Of a stretch of DNA of 64,000 nt, positions 14,679 to 24,500 are shown piece after piece; position 1 is the stretch's first letter, and every line of letters starts with the position of its first letter. Below the pieces are notes generated by a model. The model worked only from the letters and a program-made list of their open reading frames with translations, had not been told where the DNA came from and did not search any database. Both the position numbers and the translations under genes were made by a program. This DNA is from a virus (Duplodnaviria; Heunggongvirae; Uroviricota; Caudoviricetes): the IMG/VR virus record IMGVR_UViG_3300042890_004094. One strand, written 5' to 3'.

Positions 14679-15280
14679 TAGTCTAAAAACATTTCATCTA
14701 TCTGTTCAAACTCTTTTTTGGATTGATCCATAAGTATTTGACGTCCATTCCTTATTTGACTTTTAATTGTACTCAAGTTTTTTCCTAATTTATCTGCGAT
14801 GTCTTTGTATTGCATTCTTTCTATCTCTCTCATTATAATAACTGTTTTATACGGCTCTTTTAACTCGTCGATATGTTTCTTCATTACATCAGCTTTCTGT
14901 GTAAAAACATCATAAATGGCCTCATTACTTTCAGTTTCTTGTAAGAAATCTTTTAAGGTAGTACCTTCATCATCAAACTCAATGTCTAACGATATGTTTC
15001 TGTTTTCAAGTTTCTTGTCTTGAAGTGATAAATTTTTTGCAATTGTGAATAACCACGTTGAGAATTGTGATTTTTCTTTTTGATACATTTCTATTTTTTC
15101 CAGAGCTATCATAAATGAGTCTGTCGAAATGTCTTCTGCTTTTTGTACATCATTACAAATTCTTGATGTAAAGTAGATTAGTTTTGGATAATACTTTTGA
15201 TAAAGTGTTGCGAAGTCTTTACCTGTTCTTTCTTTAAAGATTTTCTCTTGTTCAGAGAAGGGAGCTGTGCTTAATTCCAT
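14678..15280 (-). CDS. Sigma-70 family RNA polymerase sigma factor (regions 2 and 4 only, ECF-like size)
   Basis: 200 aa; region 2 ...FSTWLFTIAKNL..., region 4 HTH ...YKDIADKLGKNLSTIKSQIRNGRQIL. Confidence 0.8.
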   Translation of the reverse strand: MELSTAPFSEQEKIFKERTGKDFATLYQKYYPKLIYFTSRICNDVQKAEDISTDSFMIALEKIEMYQKEKSQFSTWLFTIAKNLSLQDKKLENRNISLDIEFDDEGTTLKDFLQETESNEAIYDVFTQKADVMKKHIDELKEPYKTVIIMREIERMQYKDIADKLGKNLSTIKSQIRNGRQILMDQSKKEFEQIDEMFLD

Positions 15281-15324
15281 AGATTGCTTTTGATTTTTCT
15301 TTTTGACATGCCGTCAATTGCTTT

Positions 15325-15350
15325 TGATTGATTGATTTTGATTGATTTTG
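15325..15350. repeat. Short direct repeats TTGATTGATTGATTTTGATTGATTTTG in the sigma-factor upstream region
   Basis: Visible tandem TTGATT(T) units; possible operator. Confidence 0.4.
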
Positions 15351-15388
15351 TTCTTAATTTATTCTAATTGCCGTAATAATATTATATG

Positions 15389-15406
15389 ATATATATATTA
15401 AAAGTT
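15389..15406 (-). promoter_or_regulatory. Conserved promoter-like motif (minus-strand AACTTTTAATATATATAT) about 110 nt upstream of the sigma-factor start
   Basis: Same motif family. Confidence 0.4.
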
Positions 15407-15517
15407 GTCGGGTTCCTTTAAAATTTCTTTTATTTTTATATCTCTAATATACGATTTACTTTCAAATAATTCTTCAATAAGTTCATTCAATTCATTAGAA
15501 TCCCTAACCAAATCATA

Positions 15518-16111
15518 TTATTTTGTTTTACGTTTTTTTCTTAATTGTAACTTTGCCAACTTAAAAGCTTCTTTTAATTCATCACTAGCTTGATTAGTTA
15601 CATACTTTCTTTGAGTGTAATCGTAGTATCTATGAGAACTACAATCTCTAAAATTGTGAATAGTTAAAATTGCTTTCATCCACTCTAAATCAGTAGATAG
15701 ATTTAAAAAGTAAGCTTTATAATCAATAATATATTTTTTGAAATTATCAATCTCAAATTTTACATTGTTTAATCCACGTAAAGTATTTACTCTTTTTCTA
15801 TCATCTTTCTCTAATGTAGGATACATATTGATAATTGTCAATATTGCATTATCCATTGGGTCTAGCTGATCCAGTAAAGACTTTAGTTGAAGATCTCTTT
15901 CATTACTAACTTTAGTTTGATCTACTCTTGCTTTATAATCAACAAGTGTGCCAGACTCACTAACTTCAAAAATTTGATAAGTCATTCTTGCAGCATAACT
16001 GTTTTCAAAATCTTGTCTTGAAATTATTCTTTTTATGTTATTCAAAAAGGTTTTTTCTGATCTATAAACAGAATCACCTAATACGAATATTTTATTTCTC
16101 TTCTTTGCCAT
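15518..16111 (-). CDS. Hypothetical protein (197 aa)
   Basis: ORF; start overlaps the ligA stop region. Confidence 0.55.
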   Translation of the reverse strand: MAKKRNKIFVLGDSVYRSEKTFLNNIKRIISRQDFENSYAARMTYQIFEVSESGTLVDYKARVDQTKVSNERDLQLKSLLDQLDPMDNAILTIINMYPTLEKDDRKRVNTLRGLNNVKFEIDNFKKYIIDYKAYFLNLSTDLEWMKAILTIHNFRDCSSHRYYDYTQRKYVTNQASDELKEAFKLAKLQLRKKRKTK

Positions 16112-17958
16112 TATTTTAATAAGTTTTCTAATTCTTCTACTGTTAAGATTACTACTCCAAGTGAAACTGCTTTTGTTTCTTTACTTGAACCTGAACCTTT
16201 AGCTTTCATTACCAAGTATGTTGTCGTTTTAGATACAGAACCTGCAACTTTACCACCACGTGATTCAATTACTTCTTCTAAATCTTTTCTACGAACTCCT
16301 GTGAATACAAATGATTTACCATCTAAATCTGTACCAACTTTTACTGACTCTACTTTTTTAGCAATCGTTATAGGAAGATTTCCTACAAAGGTAAAGAAAT
16401 TATCGTAATTATCCACAAAAACTTTTGCAGAAATTTCAGCAAAACCTTCAATCTCCATAACTTGGTCAACTGTAGGTTTAGTTATAAAGTGTTCTAATAA
16501 AGCTAACTTCTTACTACCTAGACCTCTAAACAAACCTGTAGCGTGTTGAAGTTTAGATAATTGAACATCTGTAACAGATTTTTGAATTGAGCTATAAACA
16601 ATCTGAGCTTTTCTTTTACCAAATCTGTCAATACTCTCTAATTGAGTAGTAGTAACATTTAAAATATCTTCGATAGTTTTATAACCAGCATCCCATAATT
16701 GAGTGATAATACCTTCTGACACATTGTCTGCTTCTAAGATTTCAAAGAAAGCAACATTTTGTTTCAACTTTTGGTCGTCAGTTTCAGTTAAAGTAACTAA
16801 CTCAATACCATTTTCATTCCATGTATAGTCAATTTCGCCATTTGAATCTGTAAGATATGGATATTGAAATTCAACAGTTTCTAATACTTCAACAATCAAT
16901 GGAATAACCATACCACTTCTTTTAACTACAACTTTCGCACCAATTCCTAAACCCATATCTTTTACGAATTTAGCATTATTACCAGTTACGTTAGAAACAG
17001 TAACACCGTCTAATTTAATTGGAGTAATATGTAAAACAGGTTTTAAGAGTCCATGTTTAGAGATATTCCAAGAAATACCTAATACTGTCGCTTCTGCTTT
17101 TTGTTCAAAACTATCGTGCTTAAATGCTCTTGCGTAACAAGGATTGTTAGAAGATGTTTCTCTTCCTAAACTTTCTTGTAGATTAAGATCATTTACTTCA
17201 AGAATTATACCATCGATTTCATAGTCGGTAGACCATCTTTTAAATAATTCTACTAAAAGGTCTTCGGTAATATCTTTTGCAATGAATAAATGATAGTTTA
17301 CTTTAACTTCCTGACCAGAGTTTAACATATCTAATATGTCTGACTTGGTTTTAAAGTTAAATCCTTCATTTGGTATTGCACCATATTTAATAAATTGTAA
17401 GTCTTTTAGTGGATCTGTTACTTCTTTTGAGTTAAGTAAACCAGCAACTAAGTTTCTTGGATTTGCAAACTCTGTTGAGTATTTATCTAAGAAAACTTGT
17501 TTAGGCATTATAACCTCACCATAAGTATATGTGAATACATCACTTTTTAAAGATAAGTGATTTTGTATTAGTTTGTAGTGTTCGTCTGACTTCTGGCCAA
17601 ATTCACCATCACCTCTAGTCCAGGTGTTTGTATTGATTTCGTCATGACATAAAGAAAGTCCGTCATATTTTGGAGTACATACGATTTCAGTATTTGGATT
17701 GATACCTTTTAATCTTAACCATGTGCGTATGTCTTCAATGGTTTTAATTTTATTCATAGAAGCCATATCAATAGGTAGTTTTGATTTTCTTGTTTCGTCA
17801 AGAACTTCAATACCTACTTTAGAAAATATTTCATTTTCTGGGTCATATGAATATAACAATTCAAGTAATGAATCATACTCTTTATCAGACATAATTTCAT
17901 TACCAGTTCTATAAGCAACATTTGCTTCTTCTAATTTTGCTACTATTTTATCTATCAT
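16111..17958 (-). CDS. ligA: NAD-dependent DNA ligase (no Cys4 zinc finger evident)
   Basis: 615 aa; KYDG adenylation motif, ANPRNLVAG, EIDGIILEVN, C-terminal BRCT (KSFVFTGVRRKDLEEVIESRGGKVAGSVSKTT). Confidence 0.9.
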   Translation of the reverse strand: MIDKIVAKLEEANVAYRTGNEIMSDKEYDSLLELLYSYDPENEIFSKVGIEVLDETRKSKLPIDMASMNKIKTIEDIRTWLRLKGINPNTEIVCTPKYDGLSLCHDEINTNTWTRGDGEFGQKSDEHYKLIQNHLSLKSDVFTYTYGEVIMPKQVFLDKYSTEFANPRNLVAGLLNSKEVTDPLKDLQFIKYGAIPNEGFNFKTKSDILDMLNSGQEVKVNYHLFIAKDITEDLLVELFKRWSTDYEIDGIILEVNDLNLQESLGRETSSNNPCYARAFKHDSFEQKAEATVLGISWNISKHGLLKPVLHITPIKLDGVTVSNVTGNNAKFVKDMGLGIGAKVVVKRSGMVIPLIVEVLETVEFQYPYLTDSNGEIDYTWNENGIELVTLTETDDQKLKQNVAFFEILEADNVSEGIITQLWDAGYKTIEDILNVTTTQLESIDRFGKRKAQIVYSSIQKSVTDVQLSKLQHATGLFRGLGSKKLALLEHFITKPTVDQVMEIEGFAEISAKVFVDNYDNFFTFVGNLPITIAKKVESVKVGTDLDGKSFVFTGVRRKDLEEVIESRGGKVAGSVSKTTTYLVMKAKGSGSSKETKAVSLGVVILTVEELENLLK

Positions 17959-17987
17959 AATTATTATATTTCTACAAATATACGAAG

Positions 17988-18224
17988 TTATATTAGTTTT
18001 TCCAAATTTTTATCTCTGTTATATGATTTTTCATCATAAACTTCGATAACATATCCTTCTATTTTGAATTCGGTTACCCATTTGTCATAACCTGTTTTAT
18101 ATCTTGGATGATTATCCAAAACTTTTTCAATTGCTTCTTCTTTGTTTTCTGCTACTATCTGAAAACTTGGTAGTGGACCACTGTGCCAACCGCCATCATT
18201 AAATGTTACATCATATATTTTCAT
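17988..18224 (-). CDS. Hypothetical protein (78 aa)
   Basis: ORF. Confidence 0.5.
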   Translation of the reverse strand: MKIYDVTFNDGGWHSGPLPSFQIVAENKEEAIEKVLDNHPRYKTGYDKWVTEFKIEGYVIEVYDEKSYNRDKNLEKLI

Positions 18225-18260
18225 TTAACAAATATACAAAATAAAACCTAAAGAATAAAC

Positions 18261-18280
18261 AAAATTTAATATATACTAAA
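18261..18280 (+). promoter_or_regulatory. Conserved promoter-like motif AAAATTTAATATATACTAAA, about 18 nt upstream of the ATG
   Basis: Same motif family. Confidence 0.4.
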
Positions 18281-18297
18281 AAATCAAAAATCATAAA

Positions 18298-21200
18298 ATG
18301 GTTCAAAGTTCATTTCCAAAAGTAGCGGATCAAATAATAACGTATAATAAAAATATTGTTGAGATTTTATCTAAAATCAACTCTCTAACAACAACAACAG
18401 ATTCTTCTGTTACTCTTCAAGTGTATGATGAGAATGGTATATTAAGAAATTTTACATTACCTTCTTTTACATCATTGAAAGCAGATATTGATAGATTAAA
18501 TAATAATATCAATTCACTTTATAGTATTGATGCAGCAGGTGCTCTAATTCAAACCTCAACACAAAATAAATACAAAAAGATTATTACAGTTGATTTGAAT
18601 AGAGATCCTACTCCAATTGGAAGCTTAGGTGCTTTGAGTACTTTTAGATCTTCACCTAATTGGTTTTTTGATTCACTTATGGATCCTATGGTCTCAGTAG
18701 AACTTGATTTATCAGGTAAAATTGAGGATAATGTTAGAAAATGTTTGATAAGAAGATATATTGTTGAATTTGCAAAAAATGCAGATGGTTCTTTTACTAC
18801 ACTAGGTCAATCAGCGTTAAATAGTTATAATCAATTATTTAGAGGTAATCCTAATATTATTATATCAGAATTTGAAAACTGGTATACTACAACTACAGGA
18901 CTATTAAATCCAACTAATCCTAAGTATGATGAACAAATGTTTGATTTGGAGCCTAATAATCTATTATATGATGGTCAATTTAGTGTTTTAAGAATACAAG
19001 AAGATAGATTAAATAGAAAACTTTGGTATGTTTTAGATACATTAGATTACTTAGTAGTTGATGCAAACTCAACTAGAAGATTATCTATTGGAGATGAAGT
19101 TATTATAAATTCAGAAAAAACATCAACAAGATATAAAATATTAGAGGTTTCTACTGCAGAATCTAATCCAAGAATTAGAGTAGAAAGACTTGAAGGTATT
19201 GAACCAATTCCAGTTGGAATTGGAACTTTAAAAGTTTATTCATCTGTTATTTATACTAAGAGGGTTAGAGTAAGTGTTGGTTATAATGAAAGAAATGTTC
19301 TTTTTGTTAAACCAGTAAATGCTGATAATAACTTAGTTGCAAAAAAATGGAGTTTAGGTACGGGTTATTATACAAATGACTTGAGACTTACTTCTGACTC
19401 TAGTGCAAATGGATTATCAATGGAACAATTCTATATTGATTATGTTTATGATTATGGTGTTGTTTTACAAGATTTAGTTGCCAAGAAAACACCAAACTCT
19501 TTGGCAGGTACACCTGGTTCCCCAACATTGGCATTAGATAACTTTAAGGTAGTTCAAATAAATAAACATCTTACTGATACTCCTGATTCTAACTTGGTTA
19601 AACAAAAACATAATTATCAGTTATCTTTAAAATCAGAGATACAACAATTACAAGAAGCTATTATATCAAGAAATAAGGCATCAAAATTTACTAAGTTTAA
19701 ATCAGATTCTGCAAAAAAACAGGCAGACTTAGAAGTTGGAGAACTAACAAATAAGAAAGATAGTAAAAGTAAATTACTTGCATCTGTTACTCAAGAAGTT
19801 ATTGACTTATCTAAAGATCCAAAAAATAAAGTTACTCCTAAATTTAGTGTAAGAGGTTTCTGGCCAATTCCAAGTGCTGTAGTTACTACTGGTACTAAAC
19901 CACAAGAGATTGTACAATTTAGAGTTCAATATAGATATACTAGTAAAGATGGTAGAGAAGCACCGGTAGATACTTTTACAATTACAGATTCTCAAAGTAA
20001 AGCTTCTTTTTCTAACTGGACAGAATTTAAAACTGATGCAAGAAAAAGAGAGTATAATACATCAACTGGTGAATATACTTGGGCAATTGAAGATGTTACT
20101 AATGCAGATACACCAAATATTAATCAAATAGATATTCCAATTCAATCTAATGAAAGAGTTGATATTAGAATAAAATCTATCTCAGAAGTTGGTTGGCCAG
20201 AATCTGCAGTTGAATCTGATTGGTCTGAAATTATTACAATTGATTTCCCGGATGATTTAAACACAATTGCTAATGAAAATGATTTTATTTTAACTGCTGC
20301 AACTAAGGAAGACTTAAAAATAAGTATGAATTCAGAACTATCTGCAAAAGGATTAGATAATCACTTAGCAGACACAGTGACAGTAAATAACGTTACATTC
20401 CATCACGATGCAAAGAAGATTTTATCTGGTTTCCAGGATGAGAATGGAGTTTCATTAGACTTATATACTTATATACAAAATTTGGTAGATAGAATTTCAT
20501 CATTAGAAGAGAAAATTACAAGAGCTAAAGGTGAACTTCAGATTATCATTCTTAGAAATAATCAAGAGTACATAGTAAATAATGGTTCTGAAACAACATT
20601 TAATGTTGAGTGTGAAGATTATTTAACTTTATTCAATGGACAAGGTGCACCAACTGGTAGAGTTTATGAAAACAATATTTATGTTATTAAAGATTTTGTT
20701 ATGAAGATTAAAAATAATGCAAAAGAATCATTATTAGGGTTACTATCTAATAGAACATATTTACAAAGTACTGCAGTATATAATACACAAGCACCTCAAA
20801 GTTTTTGGGTAAATAGTCAAGATGAGCTATTGACAAATGATGTTATTGAAACAGGTCAAACAAGAACTCACTTAGATAACCAATTTATTTGGCAAATGAA
20901 CTATGATTCTATTACACAAAATACTGTGGCAAAATTATCTGAAAATATAGGTAATACATTTGATAATGCTACTGTAAATTCAAACTCTATAACAAATGTA
21001 CTTTCAACCAGTGATTATAATGTTGGTTATAATGAGCCAGCTATATTAAAATTTATTGGTAATAATAAATCTTTATTAGATCCATCAAAATGGAATGATG
21101 TGACTGTTTCAATTGCATCAACAACTAAGTTCTTAACGACTATACATCCAGTAGTTAAAAGTTTAGAAAACATACAAGAAAACAATAGTGATAAGGTTAA

Positions 21201-21504
21201 GACTATAAATGTTGGTGATAAAAGTTCTATTATAGTTCCACTAAATATTTATTTCAAACTTAATTCATTAGATAATAGTCAAACAGGATTAAATTATCAA
21301 TATATTGATCTTAATAATTCAACAAGAACTGTAAAACATGTTAAGAAAATTAAATTTTTCCTAGAAAATGAGTCAGAGAATAGACCATTTATATTTACAT
21401 TAAAATTTAACTTAAATAGAAATAAAGTTATTGTAAGAAAGTTCAACTCAACCGGTGGTAGTCCAGCATATATAGATGATTGGTCAACATCAAGTAAAAA
21501 ATAA
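18298..21504 (+). CDS. Large hypothetical protein (1068 aa), probably structural
   Basis: Long ORF with Asn/Ser/Thr-rich composition; first gene of a plus-strand block of large proteins. Confidence 0.7.
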   Translation: MVQSSFPKVADQIITYNKNIVEILSKINSLTTTTDSSVTLQVYDENGILRNFTLPSFTSLKADIDRLNNNINSLYSIDAAGALIQTSTQNKYKKIITVDLNRDPTPIGSLGALSTFRSSPNWFFDSLMDPMVSVELDLSGKIEDNVRKCLIRRYIVEFAKNADGSFTTLGQSALNSYNQLFRGNPNIIISEFENWYTTTTGLLNPTNPKYDEQMFDLEPNNLLYDGQFSVLRIQEDRLNRKLWYVLDTLDYLVVDANSTRRLSIGDEVIINSEKTSTRYKILEVSTAESNPRIRVERLEGIEPIPVGIGTLKVYSSVIYTKRVRVSVGYNERNVLFVKPVNADNNLVAKKWSLGTGYYTNDLRLTSDSSANGLSMEQFYIDYVYDYGVVLQDLVAKKTPNSLAGTPGSPTLALDNFKVVQINKHLTDTPDSNLVKQKHNYQLSLKSEIQQLQEAIISRNKASKFTKFKSDSAKKQADLEVGELTNKKDSKSKLLASVTQEVIDLSKDPKNKVTPKFSVRGFWPIPSAVVTTGTKPQEIVQFRVQYRYTSKDGREAPVDTFTITDSQSKASFSNWTEFKTDARKREYNTSTGEYTWAIEDVTNADTPNINQIDIPIQSNERVDIRIKSISEVGWPESAVESDWSEIITIDFPDDLNTIANENDFILTAATKEDLKISMNSELSAKGLDNHLADTVTVNNVTFHHDAKKILSGFQDENGVSLDLYTYIQNLVDRISSLEEKITRAKGELQIIILRNNQEYIVNNGSETTFNVECEDYLTLFNGQGAPTGRVYENNIYVIKDFVMKIKNNAKESLLGLLSNRTYLQSTAVYNTQAPQSFWVNSQDELLTNDVIETGQTRTHLDNQFIWQMNYDSITQNTVAKLSENIGNTFDNATVNSNSITNVLSTSDYNVGYNEPAILKFIGNNKSLLDPSKWNDVTVSIASTTKFLTTIHPVVKSLENIQENNSDKVKTINVGDKSSIIVPLNIYFKLNSLDNSQTGLNYQYIDLNNSTRTVKHVKKIKFFLENESENRPFIFTLKFNLNRNKVIVRKFNSTGGSPAYIDDWSTSSKK

Positions 21505-21513
21505 TAGTTTAAA

Positions 21514-24500
21514 TTGAAAAGTTTTGGTTTATTAAGAACAAATGTTGGATTGACAACAAATATTAAGGTTACGATTGATACTAACTATAAATTTAGTTTA
21601 GATAGTATTGAATCTGATCCTAACTTATCTTTTGACAAATTTAAAAAAGTTAGTTTCACTAAAGATAATTACTATGATGAGTTGATTCCATACTTTTACA
21701 AAGATTTACCTGCAGATACCGCATTCTCAATTAAATATGACAATGATGTTGATACAATGTCAAATGATTTCAGAAATCAATATGATGAATTATATAGTTA
21801 CGGTGCACGTAATATAGTTAATAATAAAAACTATAGTGAAGAGTATGAGTATTTTGCACCTTTATACATCACTAAAAATCATTTACCTAAAAAATTTATT
21901 ATTTTTAGAGTTGATGGTTCTGGTATTGGAACAACAGATAGAAGTAATTTTAATGCAGAAATAATTAAGAAACTAAAGACAGTTAAACTATTTGATTTAA
22001 GTAAACAAAGTGTATTAGGTGATTGGTTAGGAAAGAATTTTACAGATAATAAATACTTCCCAGATTCTCCATTGGATATAGATTTTAGAAATTTAGAATT
22101 TTGTAGATGGAATGGTATAGATTATCAGAATGGTGGATATACATATAAATCTTTATTTATTGATGATATATTAGATGAGGAAAAAGAAATATTTGAACTT
22201 GAAAAGTTTATATTTGACTCTTATAAAAATAATAAAGTTGTTTTTCCAAATATAATAAACTTCTCATTTTTATTTGATGATACTCCATCTACTCCAGAAA
22301 TTAAAAAAAAGTGGTCTATAAATAGATATTATGGATTTTATTTAAACGATTTAGAATTGGTTAAAACTGTTTCACCATATTTATCAATACCTTTAAGAAG
22401 TGATATTATTATTCAGAATAATGCTGTAATTGGTGGTGATACAAATTCGGTATCAAATATAATTTACTCACCAAGTAATGAAAATCCATTTCTTCAAGAG
22501 TGGTCAAACAAAAGACCATTTTATGTAGAGTATGATGGAAACTACTATAAAGTAGAAAAATTTACTGAGACTGTTTCAAATCAATTGGTTAAAATTCCTA
22601 ATACATTTACTACTATGGAAAGTAGAATGTCTAAAGACTTAGGATTTAGTTCATCAAAATTTAATAAAAATGCAAGTGTTATTAAAAAATCAGTTACTAC
22701 AAATACTAAATCAGCAGTAGAGGATTTTGGTGATGTTATTGTTACTAAATATAAAATAATAACTAACCTAAATTTGACCGGTTTAACTGCGTCAAGTTTT
22801 AATCAGAACTATGCAGAAATAGATCCTACTAATAAACTAATTACTAGGGATGGTAGTACAATAAAAGATTTTCAGATAGCAGGATTTGACAGTGCAGATG
22901 TTTGGATAATTGAAATTGATGGTATATATCACAATTTAGTTAATATAGATAATTATATAATGCTTAGCACAGACTACTCTTTTATTTTTAACCAAAATGA
23001 TTTCATATATAAAGTTCGTGGAGAATCAAAAAAAGTTAGTACAGTAGTTGATTTTAATAATGCACCTAAAAAGTTTTCAATTTATAAACTTAATTTTTGT
23101 GATATAAAAGATTTTGATACAAGAATTGTTGATACTGATTATTCTAAATATGAATATGAAGAGTCTACAAATATTACTACTACAGATGAGACAAAAATGT
23201 ATTTAGAAGATATAAGAAGTTTAACAGATCCTATAAATTTAGATGATTTTAGCTATCAAAATAGAATAGTTAATATACCAACCTCTTCTGAATATACTGC
23301 TAACTATGAAACATTCAAAATAGATGGTAATGATCTATCTGAGATATGGAGAAAAAATCCTGTTTATTGTAAATGGGGATTTCATAAATCACTTTCAGCA
23401 AATGATTTACCATACACTTTAAATAACTCTTTAATCTTTGAGGATTTTAATAGAACTACTAATGTTTATGAACCGTATCCTAAAAGATCTGAAAGAAATT
23501 TAGATTATTTCTATACAATAAACTCTGCATCGTCATCATATGTTTATCATAGTTTACATATAGAAAATTTAGATAATAATAACAATATAGATACTGAATT
23601 TAAGTTTGAGTTAAATAAGTATTTAAACTTTACCTATTCATATTTTGATAGTATAACATCAACAACACAATCAACATCACCATATCCATATGATTATTTC
23701 ACATATTTATTTGGTAAGTCCAATACTTTCTTTAATGGTAAGATTAAAGAAAACTCTAATAAGTATTCTTATTTTAATGTTGGTGATGAGTCTGTACCAA
23801 ATCATACTTTATTTAGAGGTATAAAATTTGATATTTATGAGGTTAGTAGTATTACAATAAATACAAATAATCAAATTGATAAAATCAATATAAAGTCATC
23901 TAACACATTTGATGATTATAAGTTTTCAGTTTTATTATCAGAAAACAATACTTCACCAATATTTGATACTTTAGATAGTAGTAAAATAACAGGACTTGTA
24001 TATTCACCTAATACTCTTATGTGGTCTGTTATAGATGAGTGGAAAATGAATAAAAGATATGTCGGTGGTACAAGTTGGGCAGGTGCATCAAAAGTTTTAC
24101 ATGATGATATTTTATATGGCAAGTATGGTAATTCAAGTACTACTAATAATCCAATATTTGCAACATATGGTGTTACAATACCTTCTGCACCATATACACA
24201 GGGTTGGACTTTTTTTGTTAGTAATAATGATTCAGTTTTTTGGTCACCTAACTATAATGGTTATACATCATTAGTGGGACCAACTGCAGCAGCCACTGGT
24301 GAGGTTTTACCATTTGGTTATAAATTACAAGAGCCTAATAAACCATCAATTGTATATAATTCTGGTGAATATTACTTTTGTTCATCACAATCTAATGCTA
24401 TTGACTTTTGGAATCCACTAAAATCTATTTCAACTGGTTATATGTCACAGGATACCGTTATTTATAAGAATAATTACTATACATCACTAAAGGATAATAA

